Source of the DNA: Gammaproteobacteria bacterium
GTDB lineage: Bacteria > Pseudomonadota > Gammaproteobacteria > CAJXQU01
DNA: 64,000 bases
Assembly: GCA_965238175.1 (NCBI GenBank)
Contig: CBDEGZ010000003.1
Coordinates: forward strand, 2,880,001-2,944,000
Reading direction: 5' to 3'
The notes under the pieces were generated by a model. The model was not told where the DNA came from. It made no database searches and was given only the letters and a program-made list of their open reading frames with translations. A program made the translations under genes and the position numbers. Below, one piece after another: positions 29,251 through 38,983 of this stretch. Numbering within the stretch: the first letter of the stretch is position 1; each line of letters opens with the position of its first letter.

Positions 29251-30780
29251 CTACTCTTGTTCTACTTTGGGCCGCATATGAGGGAAAAGTAATACATCCC
29301 GGATCGAAGGTGAATCAGTTAAGAACATAACCAATCGATCAATCCCGATCCCTTCCCCAGCTGTTGGTGGTAAACCATGTTCTAGTGCACGAATGTAGTC
29401 TGCATCAAAATGCATTGCTTCATCATCACCAGCTTCCATTTCTTCCACTTGCTTTTTGAACCGTTCGGCTTGATCTTCCGCGTCATTTAATTCGGAAAAA
29501 CCATTTGCAATCTCACGGCCACCAATAAAAAATTCAAATCGATCAGTGACAAAAGGATCGTCATCATTCCGACGTGCTAGTGGTGAAACTTCTGTAGGAT
29601 AAGCAGTAATAAAGGTAGGCTGATCAAGATTAGCCTCAACTGTTTTCTCGAATATTTCGATCTGTACTTTTCCTAACCCATAACTATCTTTAATCGGAAT
29701 ACCCAGGTTTTCAGCGATCCGTCTCGCCAATTCCAGCTCCTCAAGTTGTTCCATATTGAGATCAGAGTTGAAAGCCAAGATTGATTCTTTAACAGTCATA
29801 CGTTGGAAAGGCTGAGCCAAATCATACTCTTTTCCTTCGGTGTTCACTGTTGTTGATCCCAATACATCTTTCGCCAGGCAGCGCAGCATATCCTCTGTCA
29901 GATCCATCAAATCGCGGTAATCAGAATATGCTTGATACCACTCTAGCATAGTGAATTCTGGATTATGTCGGGTTGATAAACCCTCATTTCTGAAATTACG
30001 ATTGATCTCGAAGACTTTTTCAAATCCACCAACCACTAAACGCTTTAAATACAACTCTGGTGCAATTCTCAAATAAAGCTGCATATCTAAAGCATTATGA
30101 TGCGTCGTAAAAGGCCGAGCCGTGGCACCACCAGGAATGACTTGCATCATCGGCGTCTCCACTTCCATAAAGTCTTTTGCCATCAAGTAGCGACGAATGT
30201 AATCAATAATTGCAGATCGTTTTTTAAATGTTTCGCGCGCTTCCTCGTTCATAATCAAATCAAGATAACGTTGGCGATAACGCGTTTCTTGATCCGTCAG
30301 ACCATGAAATTTTTCCGGTAAAGGATGTAATGCCTTGGTAAGAATATGAATATCATCGAGCATAACCGACAACTCGCCCTTATTGGTTTTGAACATCACG
30401 CCTTCAGCACCAAGAATGTCGCCAATATCCCAACGTTTGAATTCGGCATATCGACCTTCCGGCAAATCATCACGTTTGACGTACAATTGGATCTGACCCG
30501 ACATATCTTGAAGATGTGCAAAAGAGGCTTTTCCCATCACTCGTCGCGTCATCATACGTCCCGCAACTTTTACCCTGACTGGGTTCTCGGCAAGTTCATC
30601 TTTGGAAAGCTCTTCGTAACGCGCGATCAATTCTGCTGATAAGGAATCGCGACGAAAATCATTTCGGAACGGATTACCGTTTTCACGTAATTCGGCCAAC
30701 TTTGCTCGGCGCTGGGCGATCTGATCGCTATCATCAATTTCATTGTTCGCTTCGTTATTGTTTTCTTTATTGTCGCTCAT
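29251..30780 (-). CDS. lysS: Lysine--tRNA ligase
   Basis: [36 protein letters not shown]. Confidence 0.97.
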   Translation of the reverse strand: MSDNKENNNEANNEIDDSDQIAQRRAKLAELRENGNPFRNDFRRDSLSAELIARYEELSKDELAENPVRVKVAGRMMTRRVMGKASFAHLQDMSGQIQLYVKRDDLPEGRYAEFKRWDIGDILGAEGVMFKTNKGELSVMLDDIHILTKALHPLPEKFHGLTDQETRYRQRYLDLIMNEEARETFKKRSAIIDYIRRYLMAKDFMEVETPMMQVIPGGATARPFTTHHNALDMQLYLRIAPELYLKRLVVGGFEKVFEINRNFRNEGLSTRHNPEFTMLEWYQAYSDYRDLMDLTEDMLRCLAKDVLGSTTVNTEGKEYDLAQPFQRMTVKESILAFNSDLNMEQLEELELARRIAENLGIPIKDSYGLGKVQIEIFEKTVEANLDQPTFITAYPTEVSPLARRNDDDPFVTDRFEFFIGGREIANGFSELNDAEDQAERFKKQVEEMEAGDDEAMHFDADYIRALEHGLPPTAGEGIGIDRLVMFLTDSPSIRDVLLFPHMRPKVEQE

Positions 30781-30801
30781 AATCTGTTATGTCACCCGCT
30801 G

Positions 30802-31900
30802 CTAAAGTCCGCTCTTGAGGCTTGCTTCGATAAATTTATCCAGATCACCATCAAGTACGGCTTGAGTATTGCCCGTTTCTACACCGGTTCGCAGATCTTT
30901 AATTCTTGATTGATCAAGAACATAAGATCGTATTTGACTGCCCCAACCAATGTCCGATTTACCTTCTTCTAACACTTGCTGATCGGCATTACGCTTTTGG
31001 ATCTCCAATTCATATAACCGAGATTTGAGTTGCTTCATGGCATTCGCACGATTCTTATGTTGCGATCGATCATTTTGACATTGGACTACAATACCCGTTG
31101 GCTCATGAGTAAGTCTAATCGCAGAATCGGTTTTATTGACGTGCTGTCCACCGGCACCACTGGCACGATATGTATCTACTCGTAAATCGGCAGGGTTAAT
31201 CTCGATCTCAATTTCATCATCAATTTCGGGAGATACAAAAACCGACGCAAATGAAGTATGACGGCGGTTACCCGAATCAAAAGGTGATTTACGTACCAAT
31301 CGATGCACACCCGTTTCAGTCCTTAACCAACCAAACGCATATTCACCTTGGTAACGGATCGTTGCGCTTTTGATCCCCGCAACATCACCTGGTGAAACTT
31401 CCATCAGTTCTGTTTTAAAGCCATGACGTTCACCCCAACGCAGAAACATTCGCAACAACATTTCAGCCCAATCCTGCGCTTCAGTCCCACCTGATCCAGA
31501 CTGGATATCCAAAAAGGCACTGCACTCATCCGTCTCGCCAGAAAACATCCGACGAAACTCCAATTCTGCCAATCCTTTTTCTATTTGTTCAAGATCTTGA
31601 ACAACTTCGTTGACGGTATCTTCGTCATTCTCTTCTTTAGCAATTTCGAGAAATTCCGCTCCATCACTGAGGCCGTTATCCAGCGTCTTTACAGTCTCAA
31701 CAATTTTTTCTAAAGAAGCTCTTTCCTTACCTAACGCTTGTGCCTGAGCCGGGTCGTCCCAAACCGTCGGCTCTTCTAATTCACGCTCAACTTCTGTAAG
31801 TTTTTCACACTTAAGATCGTAGTCAAAGATACCCCCTGAGCGCATCAACACGCTCTTGCATCCCTTTGATGCGGGCAAATAGACTATTTAGTTCTATCAT
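30802..31900 (-). CDS. prfB: Peptide chain release factor 2, programmed +1 frameshift
   Basis: ATG at 31900 ([25 protein letters not shown]), then AGGGGG-TAT-CTT-TGA-C; SPF and GGQ motifs downstream. Confidence 0.96.
31822..31837 (-). promoter_or_regulatory. prfB autoregulatory frameshift site
   Basis: Internal SD AGGGGG plus CTT TGA C at codons 25-26. Confidence 0.93.
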
Positions 31901-32327
31901 CACCGTTGTTCCGTGGCTGAAAAGCGTCGGATCCTACTATAAATGGATAAAGAAAACGATTTATAGATTTGCTGAGATAGCGCCTACATCATTTAGAATC
32001 GACATAGATTGACGAAAAACATTTTTAAACGTTTTTTGAGAGCAGCTATCAACTACATTTTTAAAGAACGATGCATTTTAGAAAAATATGCACAACAAGA
32101 TTTTAAAATTGCCTTTGGTGCTAAATATTTCAATAGCCTGTTTGTTATTAGATGATTTTTTAGTCAAGGTTGGAAGAAAAGAATGCTAGCCAATTATATA
32201 TATTGAAAACTTTTCTGAAAAAATCTGAATTATTTACTAACCTGATGTGATGGTCTCCTCCCCCTAACGGCATCTAGGTGCCATGATTGAACTGACATAC
32301 ACACAATCAAAAGAGGAGAAGACCAAA

Positions 32328-33341
32328 ATGAAGACTACAACAATCGGGTTAGACATAGCAAAAAACGTATTTCATGCTGTCTGCTGTAATCAACAAGGGC
32401 GTATAATCAAAAAGAAAATGTTAAAGCGAGCGCAGGTACTCTCCTTTTTTCAATCTCAACCTCCTTGTTTAGTCGCAATAGAATCTTGTGCAACGTCACA
32501 GTATTGGGCCCGAGCGATACAACAACAGGGACATCAGGTGAAATTACTACCACCTCAGCATGTTAACGCATTTCTAATCGGCAATAAGAATGATTATAAC
32601 GATGCCTTGGCCATCGCCGTTGCTGCGAAACAACCTCATTTAAAAAGTGTGGGCATTAAATCAGTTGAGCAACAAGACAACCAGGCACAACATAAAGCAA
32701 GAGACTTAGCGGTCAGACAAAGAACCGCATTATGTAACCAAATGAGAGCGCTTGTTGCAGAATATGGCATTAGCCTTCGTCCCGGCCTAAATACCCTACG
32801 TCAATCTATCCCGTTGCTATTAAGTGATGAGAACGAACGGTTGTCCGTTACTTTCAAAAGGATACTGCGCCAGCTAAAGGAACAATGGCAATCACTTGAT
32901 GCCTGTATTGCGACATTTGACCAATTGATCATTCAATCGGCAAAAAACAATGCGATTTGCCAACGCTTACAAACTATTCCAGGGTTTGGGCCGATGGTCT
33001 CGAGCGCGTATTTTAATGAAGTGGGAAACGGCGCTCATTATCACAAAGGGCGCGATGTGTCCGCCTCATTAGGACTTGTTCCACGACAGTACAGTAGTGG
33101 TGGTAAAGAGGTGCTACTGGGGATCAGTAAACGCGGCAATAAATACCTTCGTTGTTTGTTAATTCTAGGCGCGAAGGCCGTGGTATCAAGAGCCAAAACG
33201 AAAGGCGATAAACTGAGTCAATGGATTAATCGTTTAGTTGAGACGCGGGGGCATAATCGAGCGTGTGTGGCGTATGCCAACAAAATGGCAAGAATGGCCT
33301 GGGCTATAACGGTTTCTGGTGATGACTACTCACCGGCCTAA
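32328..33341 (+). CDS. IS110-family DEDD transposase/recombinase
   Basis: GLDIAK, IESC, KNDYNDA, GLVPRQYSSGGK; GAGGAG RBS favours the ATG at 32328 over 32283. Confidence 0.94.
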   Translation: MKTTTIGLDIAKNVFHAVCCNQQGRIIKKKMLKRAQVLSFFQSQPPCLVAIESCATSQYWARAIQQQGHQVKLLPPQHVNAFLIGNKNDYNDALAIAVAAKQPHLKSVGIKSVEQQDNQAQHKARDLAVRQRTALCNQMRALVAEYGISLRPGLNTLRQSIPLLLSDENERLSVTFKRILRQLKEQWQSLDACIATFDQLIIQSAKNNAICQRLQTIPGFGPMVSSAYFNEVGNGAHYHKGRDVSASLGLVPRQYSSGGKEVLLGISKRGNKYLRCLLILGAKAVVSRAKTKGDKLSQWINRLVETRGHNRACVAYANKMARMAWAITVSGDDYSPA

Positions 33342-33570
33342 ATAGAGAGAACAAATCATTTCAACGAATTGCGAAGGTAAAACTAAAGATGGCATAACAG
33401 GTCAAACCAGCCTATTGAAAACCTGTCGAGCTCAGGGGTAACTAATACCGATAACCTGATAAGGAAAATAGGCGCGTAATACATCCAGGTCAGAAGTTGA
33501 AAACTTCATTGAAGGCCGTATATATGACAGCAATCCTGTCCCTGTTATCTGAATGTTTTATCTTGCAATA
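33342..33570 (+). ncRNA. Putative bridge/seek RNA of the IS1111-type element (boundaries approximate)
   Basis: Stems ATAACAGG/CCTGTTAT and GCCTATT/AATAGGC; loops contain TAACCTGA (target flank plus core) and ATATGA / ACATC (donor junction). Confidence 0.7.
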
Positions 33571-33587
33571 CGGGAGGAGACCATATA

Positions 33588-33794
33588 TGAACCCAGGATA
33601 AGAATATCCCATAAAAACATTAATAAAAACAATTAGTTATATGAAAAAATGGTGATTGTTTTGCCTTGTGGACTTCTTTTAGCGACTATGTAAGGCAGAG
33701 TTGCGTAGCAATAGTGGGCTATTGGAAACAACTCCAACGCACAGAGGCACTAAAAGAAATTTGCTGAAGGGGTATTTCCTATCCGAGTTCAGGT
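33588..33794. repeat. MITE/ERIC-like palindromic element; first bases stranded at 32240-32242 by the IS
   Basis: Terminal IRs ACC|TGAACCCAGGATAAGAA and TTCCTATCCGAGTTCAGGT; nested internal palindromes; TTACTA direct repeat at 32234-32239 and 33795-33800. Confidence 0.7.
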
Positions 33795-33801
33795 TTACTA
33801 G

Positions 33802-33834
33802 CAAAAAAGCCGAAGATGAACTTCGGCTTTTTTG
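33802..33834. terminator. Bidirectional intrinsic terminator
   Basis: CAAAAAAGCCGAAG-ATGAA-CTTCGGCTTTTTTG. Confidence 0.88.
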
Positions 33835-33876
33835 TAAACCTAAATAAAAAAGCTTATGCTAATTATGACCTTCACA

Positions 33877-34530
33877 TCACTTTTTAGCGAATTTTCTACG
33901 ACCTACCATCCCTAAGAGTCCTAAGCCCATTAATGCTAACGTGCCTGGTTCAGATACGCTCGCTGGTTCCGGTAGCGGTTGAAACGGATACGGTTCTACT
34001 ACTAGTCTGTCTACATTGGTTCTAACATTACCCTTATCAATTTGATCTATCCTTTGACCGTTGCTGTGGACATTATGCCAAATACCCAGTTTATCTCCGA
34101 AACCAACGCTATACTTTTTGTCAAAATTAGTATGATCAAGTCTCAATGAAAAACCACCTTCTCCAATATTGATAATATTATCAAAAGACGCGATTTCTGT
34201 TCCGCCATTCCAATAATCTCTAACACTAACTTTGTTATTTACTAAATCTAAGTTGTATGAAAAGTACTGCTTGGCTCTATTTGGCGAACCGCCACTAGTT
34301 AACGTGAATTGGGCTTTGTCCACTTTTCCAGCATTATTATTAAAACTAGAAAATAGACTAAGTACATTGTTGTAGGTATTCCAAGATGTGGAAAAACTTT
34401 CTATTGGACGATTTTTTAATTTGTCGGAATAACTATAATGATAAACATTAAACGCTTGTGCTGAAAATGCGATGGTTGATGCTATGGTTAAAATAATGGT
34501 AGGAACTAATTTTCTAGCTGTGAATTTCAT
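33877..34530 (-). CDS. PEP-CTERM sorting domain surface protein
   Basis: ATG at 34530 with AGGAGA RBS; signal peptide ending AQA; C-terminus LPEPASVSEPGTLALMGLGLLGMVGRRKFAKK. Confidence 0.88.
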   Translation of the reverse strand: MKFTARKLVPTIILTIASTIAFSAQAFNVYHYSYSDKLKNRPIESFSTSWNTYNNVLSLFSSFNNNAGKVDKAQFTLTSGGSPNRAKQYFSYNLDLVNNKVSVRDYWNGGTEIASFDNIINIGEGGFSLRLDHTNFDKKYSVGFGDKLGIWHNVHSNGQRIDQIDKGNVRTNVDRLVVEPYPFQPLPEPASVSEPGTLALMGLGLLGMVGRRKFAKK

Positions 34531-35155
34531 GCTGTATCTCCTTATAAGTAAAAATTGATAATCCTTTATCAATGAACGTGCTAGTTCAATAACCAATTAC
34601 AATGGCTTTCAGGAGTGTGTACTTGATAAAAGTAAATAGCAAGGTTATTTAGCTTATAATTAGAGCAAGAGTATTTTAAATCCCCTCTCTAATCTCGATC
34701 AGTAACTTTTCATTCCTCAATGCTATTTACATTTTCGTTTCATGCTTGCATTACTTGTTGTATTTTTCCTTAATAAATTGAGCGTTAGTCGAAGAAAGGT
34801 ACGCACGATTGCCTCGCCATATTCTAACCTCAGATCTGCATAAGGATCCGTTCTTCATTCCAAGAGATGTTGATACTGGGTTTCTTAGGTTGAAAGGTAT
34901 ATACCCGTGGCACCTGGAAATGCAGGTTTCAGTGGCTCTGTCGTTCTTGCTGGCAAGGCGTGCTTCGCCGGAAAGGGGGCTTGTTAATTGCTTGGCCCTT
35001 TCCAAGAAACACAACGATGCCCAGCGAGAATGATAGAGTCACCCAAAAGGCACGGGTATATGCGATCAACCCGCAAGCAGATGTACCATAAAACTTACAG
35101 TGGGACATTACTCAATAATACTAAGAACTTCTGGTCTAGAGCCTTACAAATTCAG

Positions 35156-36784
35156 TCAAAAGAATTTTGAACGTCTTGATAGCACATCAATAACAGTCAG
35201 GTTTTTTGCATGTGCAATTGTATGCGTTCCTAATAAACTTGACTCCCAGTGAGGTTCGATAAAATCAACCTCTTGTTCTTCATACTTAGTTTCCGTTAAT
35301 GTGATAATTTCATTTAGCCGGAAACCATATCCATAACGTACAGATGAATCTTGAGCAGGCCTGATCAATTTACCTTCATGTTCATATATTCGCCCGGCTG
35401 AACGTGCTCGCCTGACATCTGCAACAACGGGGCTTTGTGGATGCAAAGTCCAATCTTGGCTCAGTGGAGAATCCGCATAATAGATAGACAATTCAGCATC
35501 AACGCTCACGTCTTGATCGTGTCTACAACTTGTAAACATCCACCATTTTTCGTTATGGTATAAGAGCGTTGTATCGACCGCCCGAATATCTTCCATCAAA
35601 TTACTATGAAACTCCCATTGATCAGGAAAACGAGAAGCTTTGTATACTTCGATAGTTCTATTACTTCCAGTTTCCGGAACCATGTAGCACTCTCCGTCCC
35701 AGAAAAATACGTATGGATAAGATAAATGATATGGTTTGATTAAACAGGGTTTTATCTCTCCTATGTTGCCATCTTCTTCAATTCTAACCACTGAAATATC
35801 AGCGTTTTTATGATCATAAACCGCGTCTTCAAAAAACAGGAAATAACTATCGTCCTTATAGATAATAAATGGATCCGCCCACAAACCACCAAGCTCAGGC
35901 TCTAATTTCTGGAATTGATCAAAATCCATTGATAGACCATCAGCAAGTTTGTAACGCAAACTCCATTCTTCTGCGTATAACCAATTGATCGCCCGCATTT
36001 TTAACGACCTAATGAATTTCTTTACAAAGAAAATAAACATTCTTATATTGCCGGGTTTATCAGAACGAAAACCTTCAGACTCTTGAAGATGTTTTTCTGT
36101 CAAATCGCTATGTGTACTCAAAAAATCATCTGTGCCTAAACTATGCAGTTGTTTGAGTTTTCTCAAAATAGTTGTATCGCCAATTCGATAGGATTTTTTC
36201 TGAGTCGAGCGTGCCGAAGAATCCTCATTAGCCGCATATACAACTTGGTGTAACAATTTGCCAGTGGAATTAGTTAACAAACATTCCATCGTTGGTGAAG
36301 TATCATAAGTTTCCCAAAAACCAACAGGAAACGTTTTCTTATTTACTTTCCCATTTTTAAAGTGGAGTGACCAGATACCCGCTTTAATTTTTGGAAAAAG
36401 TTGATCAGGAAAATTCTTTTGAGTCAGGTTTAATAAAACATCTAAGTTCGCATCGCTAGTTGCTGCTAAACATTCTTTAGACGGGTTACTTATATTTAAC
36501 ACAGGTCCTTCAAGTGTTTCTTTAGAAAGGTCATTTTTATCGATCCATAAACGATCTTCCTCAGTATCAGGCCACCGATAACGTTCCAAATCACAATAGA
36601 CAGAATAGAGTTTATGCTTCCGCATATCAGTAGGTTCCATTACATCTGTAATAAGGGTAATTTCAACTGCAGCAAATGAACTCGCATCGATATCTTTGAT
36701 CAAACGCGATATCCACATCGACTCTTTACTCGTTTTATCTAGTATCAACCCAATCTTGAGTTTATGTTTGGATTTAGCCATCAA
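35156..36784 (-). CDS. EPS-associated protein with C-terminal glycoside hydrolase-like beta-propeller (GINT1 N-domain-like)
   Basis: WADPF, HLSYPYVF, MVPET, VDTT, RSAG, IRPAQD...YG motifs; GIWSLH in N-terminal half. Confidence 0.7.
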   Translation of the reverse strand: MMAKSKHKLKIGLILDKTSKESMWISRLIKDIDASSFAAVEITLITDVMEPTDMRKHKLYSVYCDLERYRWPDTEEDRLWIDKNDLSKETLEGPVLNISNPSKECLAATSDANLDVLLNLTQKNFPDQLFPKIKAGIWSLHFKNGKVNKKTFPVGFWETYDTSPTMECLLTNSTGKLLHQVVYAANEDSSARSTQKKSYRIGDTTILRKLKQLHSLGTDDFLSTHSDLTEKHLQESEGFRSDKPGNIRMFIFFVKKFIRSLKMRAINWLYAEEWSLRYKLADGLSMDFDQFQKLEPELGGLWADPFIIYKDDSYFLFFEDAVYDHKNADISVVRIEEDGNIGEIKPCLIKPYHLSYPYVFFWDGECYMVPETGSNRTIEVYKASRFPDQWEFHSNLMEDIRAVDTTLLYHNEKWWMFTSCRHDQDVSVDAELSIYYADSPLSQDWTLHPQSPVVADVRRARSAGRIYEHEGKLIRPAQDSSVRYGYGFRLNEIITLTETKYEEQEVDFIEPHWESSLLGTHTIAHAKNLTVIDVLSRRSKFF

Positions 36785-36830
36785 GTAATATATAGAAAAT
36801 TCTTCTTAGCTTCATAATTAGCTAACCTGC

Positions 36831-37883
36831 TTAAATCAACGTAGCCACTTTTGCCCAAAAAAGATCAGGTAGAAAGACACCTTTGTCATTGGTACACATA
36901 TTCGGATCAATATTAATTCTCTTCAATTGATGAGGATCCTGACCTTTGTAATTAATTCCCGGTATGGTTGTACAAGAATGCTGATACGTGGCTGAAGTAA
37001 ATTCCAAAACCGTATCATTGTAATCATCAATTGTTCCATTAGGGTAAGCAAAACCTGTCACTTCATCGCTTAACTTCTCTTCAAGTATTCTCTTTGACTC
37101 GACAACTTCTTTTTCAATCGATGCTCTATTTTCTCTTGAGAGTATCGGATGCGAAAGTGTATGTGAACCAAAATCGATCAAATCCTGTTTCATTTCACCT
37201 ATCATATCCCACGTCAACATAGGACTAACATCTATTTGCTCAGGTCTGACTTCAAGACGTTTTATTATGGCTTCACACTTATCCAACCTTTCCTTGTCAG
37301 TATAATTCTTTAACCATAGAATTATTTCATCAATGGCGAATTCTTGCTCTTTTTGAGTTTCAAGACCGAAATTTTCAAAACCCATATCATCCAACTCAAT
37401 ACTTTGTTTTTGTGAATTCTGTAATGCCGACATAACTCTTTCGTACCAGAAAGAATAATCACCCACTACATGTCCATAGCTTAAATAAATAGTGGCTTGG
37501 GCGTTATAATTCTTTAGTATTGGATAAGCTTTTTCGTAATTATCTCTATATCCATCATCAAAAGTTATAACAAATTTAACATTATCATCAACGATCAAAT
37601 TCCCTTCGCTATCAAGTAGCGTTCCTAAAGAGACTATATTATATTTTTTTGAAACTTCTGAAATAATCTGCCCAAAAACAGTCGGTGAAATTGTAAGTAA
37701 TTGTGGGTCATGTCCATCATTTATTTTATGAAACACTAAAATGATCACACCACCTTTTTCCAAGTGCTTTTCAACCGCTCCCATTTTATTTAAGGCTATT
37801 GCGACAAAACGTTTGCTGTACTTTCGAAGTAGACTTTTTATGTTCATTTTTTTAGTTTTTAGGAAGATTAATTTGTAATACAA
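36831..37883 (-). CDS. Polysaccharide deacetylase (CE4/NodB); start may be internal
   Basis: ITFDDGYRDN, GSHTLSHPIL, FAYPNG. Confidence 0.9.
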   Translation of the reverse strand: MYYKLIFLKTKKMNIKSLLRKYSKRFVAIALNKMGAVEKHLEKGGVIILVFHKINDGHDPQLLTISPTVFGQIISEVSKKYNIVSLGTLLDSEGNLIVDDNVKFVITFDDGYRDNYEKAYPILKNYNAQATIYLSYGHVVGDYSFWYERVMSALQNSQKQSIELDDMGFENFGLETQKEQEFAIDEIILWLKNYTDKERLDKCEAIIKRLEVRPEQIDVSPMLTWDMIGEMKQDLIDFGSHTLSHPILSRENRASIEKEVVESKRILEEKLSDEVTGFAYPNGTIDDYNDTVLEFTSATYQHSCTTIPGINYKGQDPHQLKRINIDPNMCTNDKGVFLPDLFWAKVATLI

Positions 37884-38983
37884 ATAGATCGATAAATTTT
37901 CCCATATTCAAAACTTTGTATATCTGCGCTGAATTCTTTTTCCACTCTGCTCCTGCAATTTACTCCAATTTCCTTAGCATACTCTCTATTTTCAACAATA
38001 GAATCCATCTGTTTCGCAAGACCATTTACATCACCTGCAGCCACCAATTTTCCATAATCACCCCTTAATAGATATCCAACTGAACCAACATCCGTCGCAA
38101 CAACAGGCAGCGCACAAGCCATTGCTTCAAGTATGCTCATCGGCATAGCTTCTGTGTGAGAAGGAGAAACATAACAATCCAGATCATTTAGAATACGCTC
38201 AACTTCAGTTTGAGAACCTGCAAATTTAATCTTTTCTTGTAAGCTTAGTGATTCAACCATCTCGGTCAATTCTTCAAGAAGCAGCCCATCTCCAACTAAT
38301 AGTAACCTTACATCTTCATGCTTCTCTGTAAGCTGTGAGAAAGCTTCAATCAAAACACGATGGCCTTTCTCTTCACTCATTCTTGCTATGGTTCCGAAAA
38401 CAAAATCAGATTGGGCAAACCCCCAGTTTTTTTTATGAAAACCTTCAGTGTCGGGGTTGAAGGTTTTATCGTCAACCCCATTGGAAATTTGAGATAACTT
38501 TTCAACCAAACCCGTTTTCGACAACTCTTTATAAAGTGGATCAGAAACGACGGTTATATAGTTCACCATACGTAAAAATAAGTTCTCTGCCAATTCATAG
38601 GTACGGTTTTTTATACTTCCTGACGTTTTGCCGTGCAATGTAACAATTTGACGACAACCCGAAATTTTTGATGCAATAATTCCATAAAAATGACTTTTGT
38701 AATCGTGAGTGTGGATTATGTCAATTTTATTTTCTTTACAGAAACTGACGAGATGAGAAATGGTTTTTTTATCTATTCTCGATTTACATGGAATTTCAAT
38801 CGCCCGTAAATCAGATGCTTGCGCACACTTTAACAATGATTGATCATGAGTAAGATAATTTTCAATACAGGCTAATGTTGTGTCCAGATTGTCTCCAGGC
38901 GCGCACTTCATTAAGGTCATAATAACGCGTTCAGCCCCATAAAATCCTGCGCTTGAGCGCAAATGCAATACTCTAACTCGCAT
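37868..38983 (-). CDS. Glycosyltransferase family 4
   Basis: GAER, ARMSEEKG, EAMPMSILEAMA. Confidence 0.9.
   Translation of the reverse strand: MRVRVLHLRSSAGFYGAERVIMTLMKCAPGDNLDTTLACIENYLTHDQSLLKCAQASDLRAIEIPCKSRIDKKTISHLVSFCKENKIDIIHTHDYKSHFYGIIASKISGCRQIVTLHGKTSGSIKNRTYELAENLFLRMVNYITVVSDPLYKELSKTGLVEKLSQISNGVDDKTFNPDTEGFHKKNWGFAQSDFVFGTIARMSEEKGHRVLIEAFSQLTEKHEDVRLLLVGDGLLLEELTEMVESLSLQEKIKFAGSQTEVERILNDLDCYVSPSHTEAMPMSILEAMACALPVVATDVGSVGYLLRGDYGKLVAAGDVNGLAKQMDSIVENREYAKEIGVNCRSRVEKEFSADIQSFEYGKIYRSICITN

Larger units (their letters stand above)
32243..33587 (+). mobile_element. IS110 family, IS1111 subgroup element, intact
   Basis: Perfect 13-bp subterminal IRs ATGGTCTCCTCCC (32250-32262) / GGGAGGAGACCAT (33572-33584); TGA at both junctions; long non-coding region after the transposase. 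Confidence 0.9.

Noticed and set aside
30802-31878. prfB as given in the ORF track (MPASKG...), or as a pseudogene
   Set aside because: The true start is at 31900 with the standard programmed +1 frameshift
34570-34585. Sigma-54 promoter for the PEP-CTERM gene (minus-strand TAGCAC-N5-TTGAT)
   Set aside because: Spacing fits, but both invariant dinucleotides (GG at -24, GC at -12) are altered
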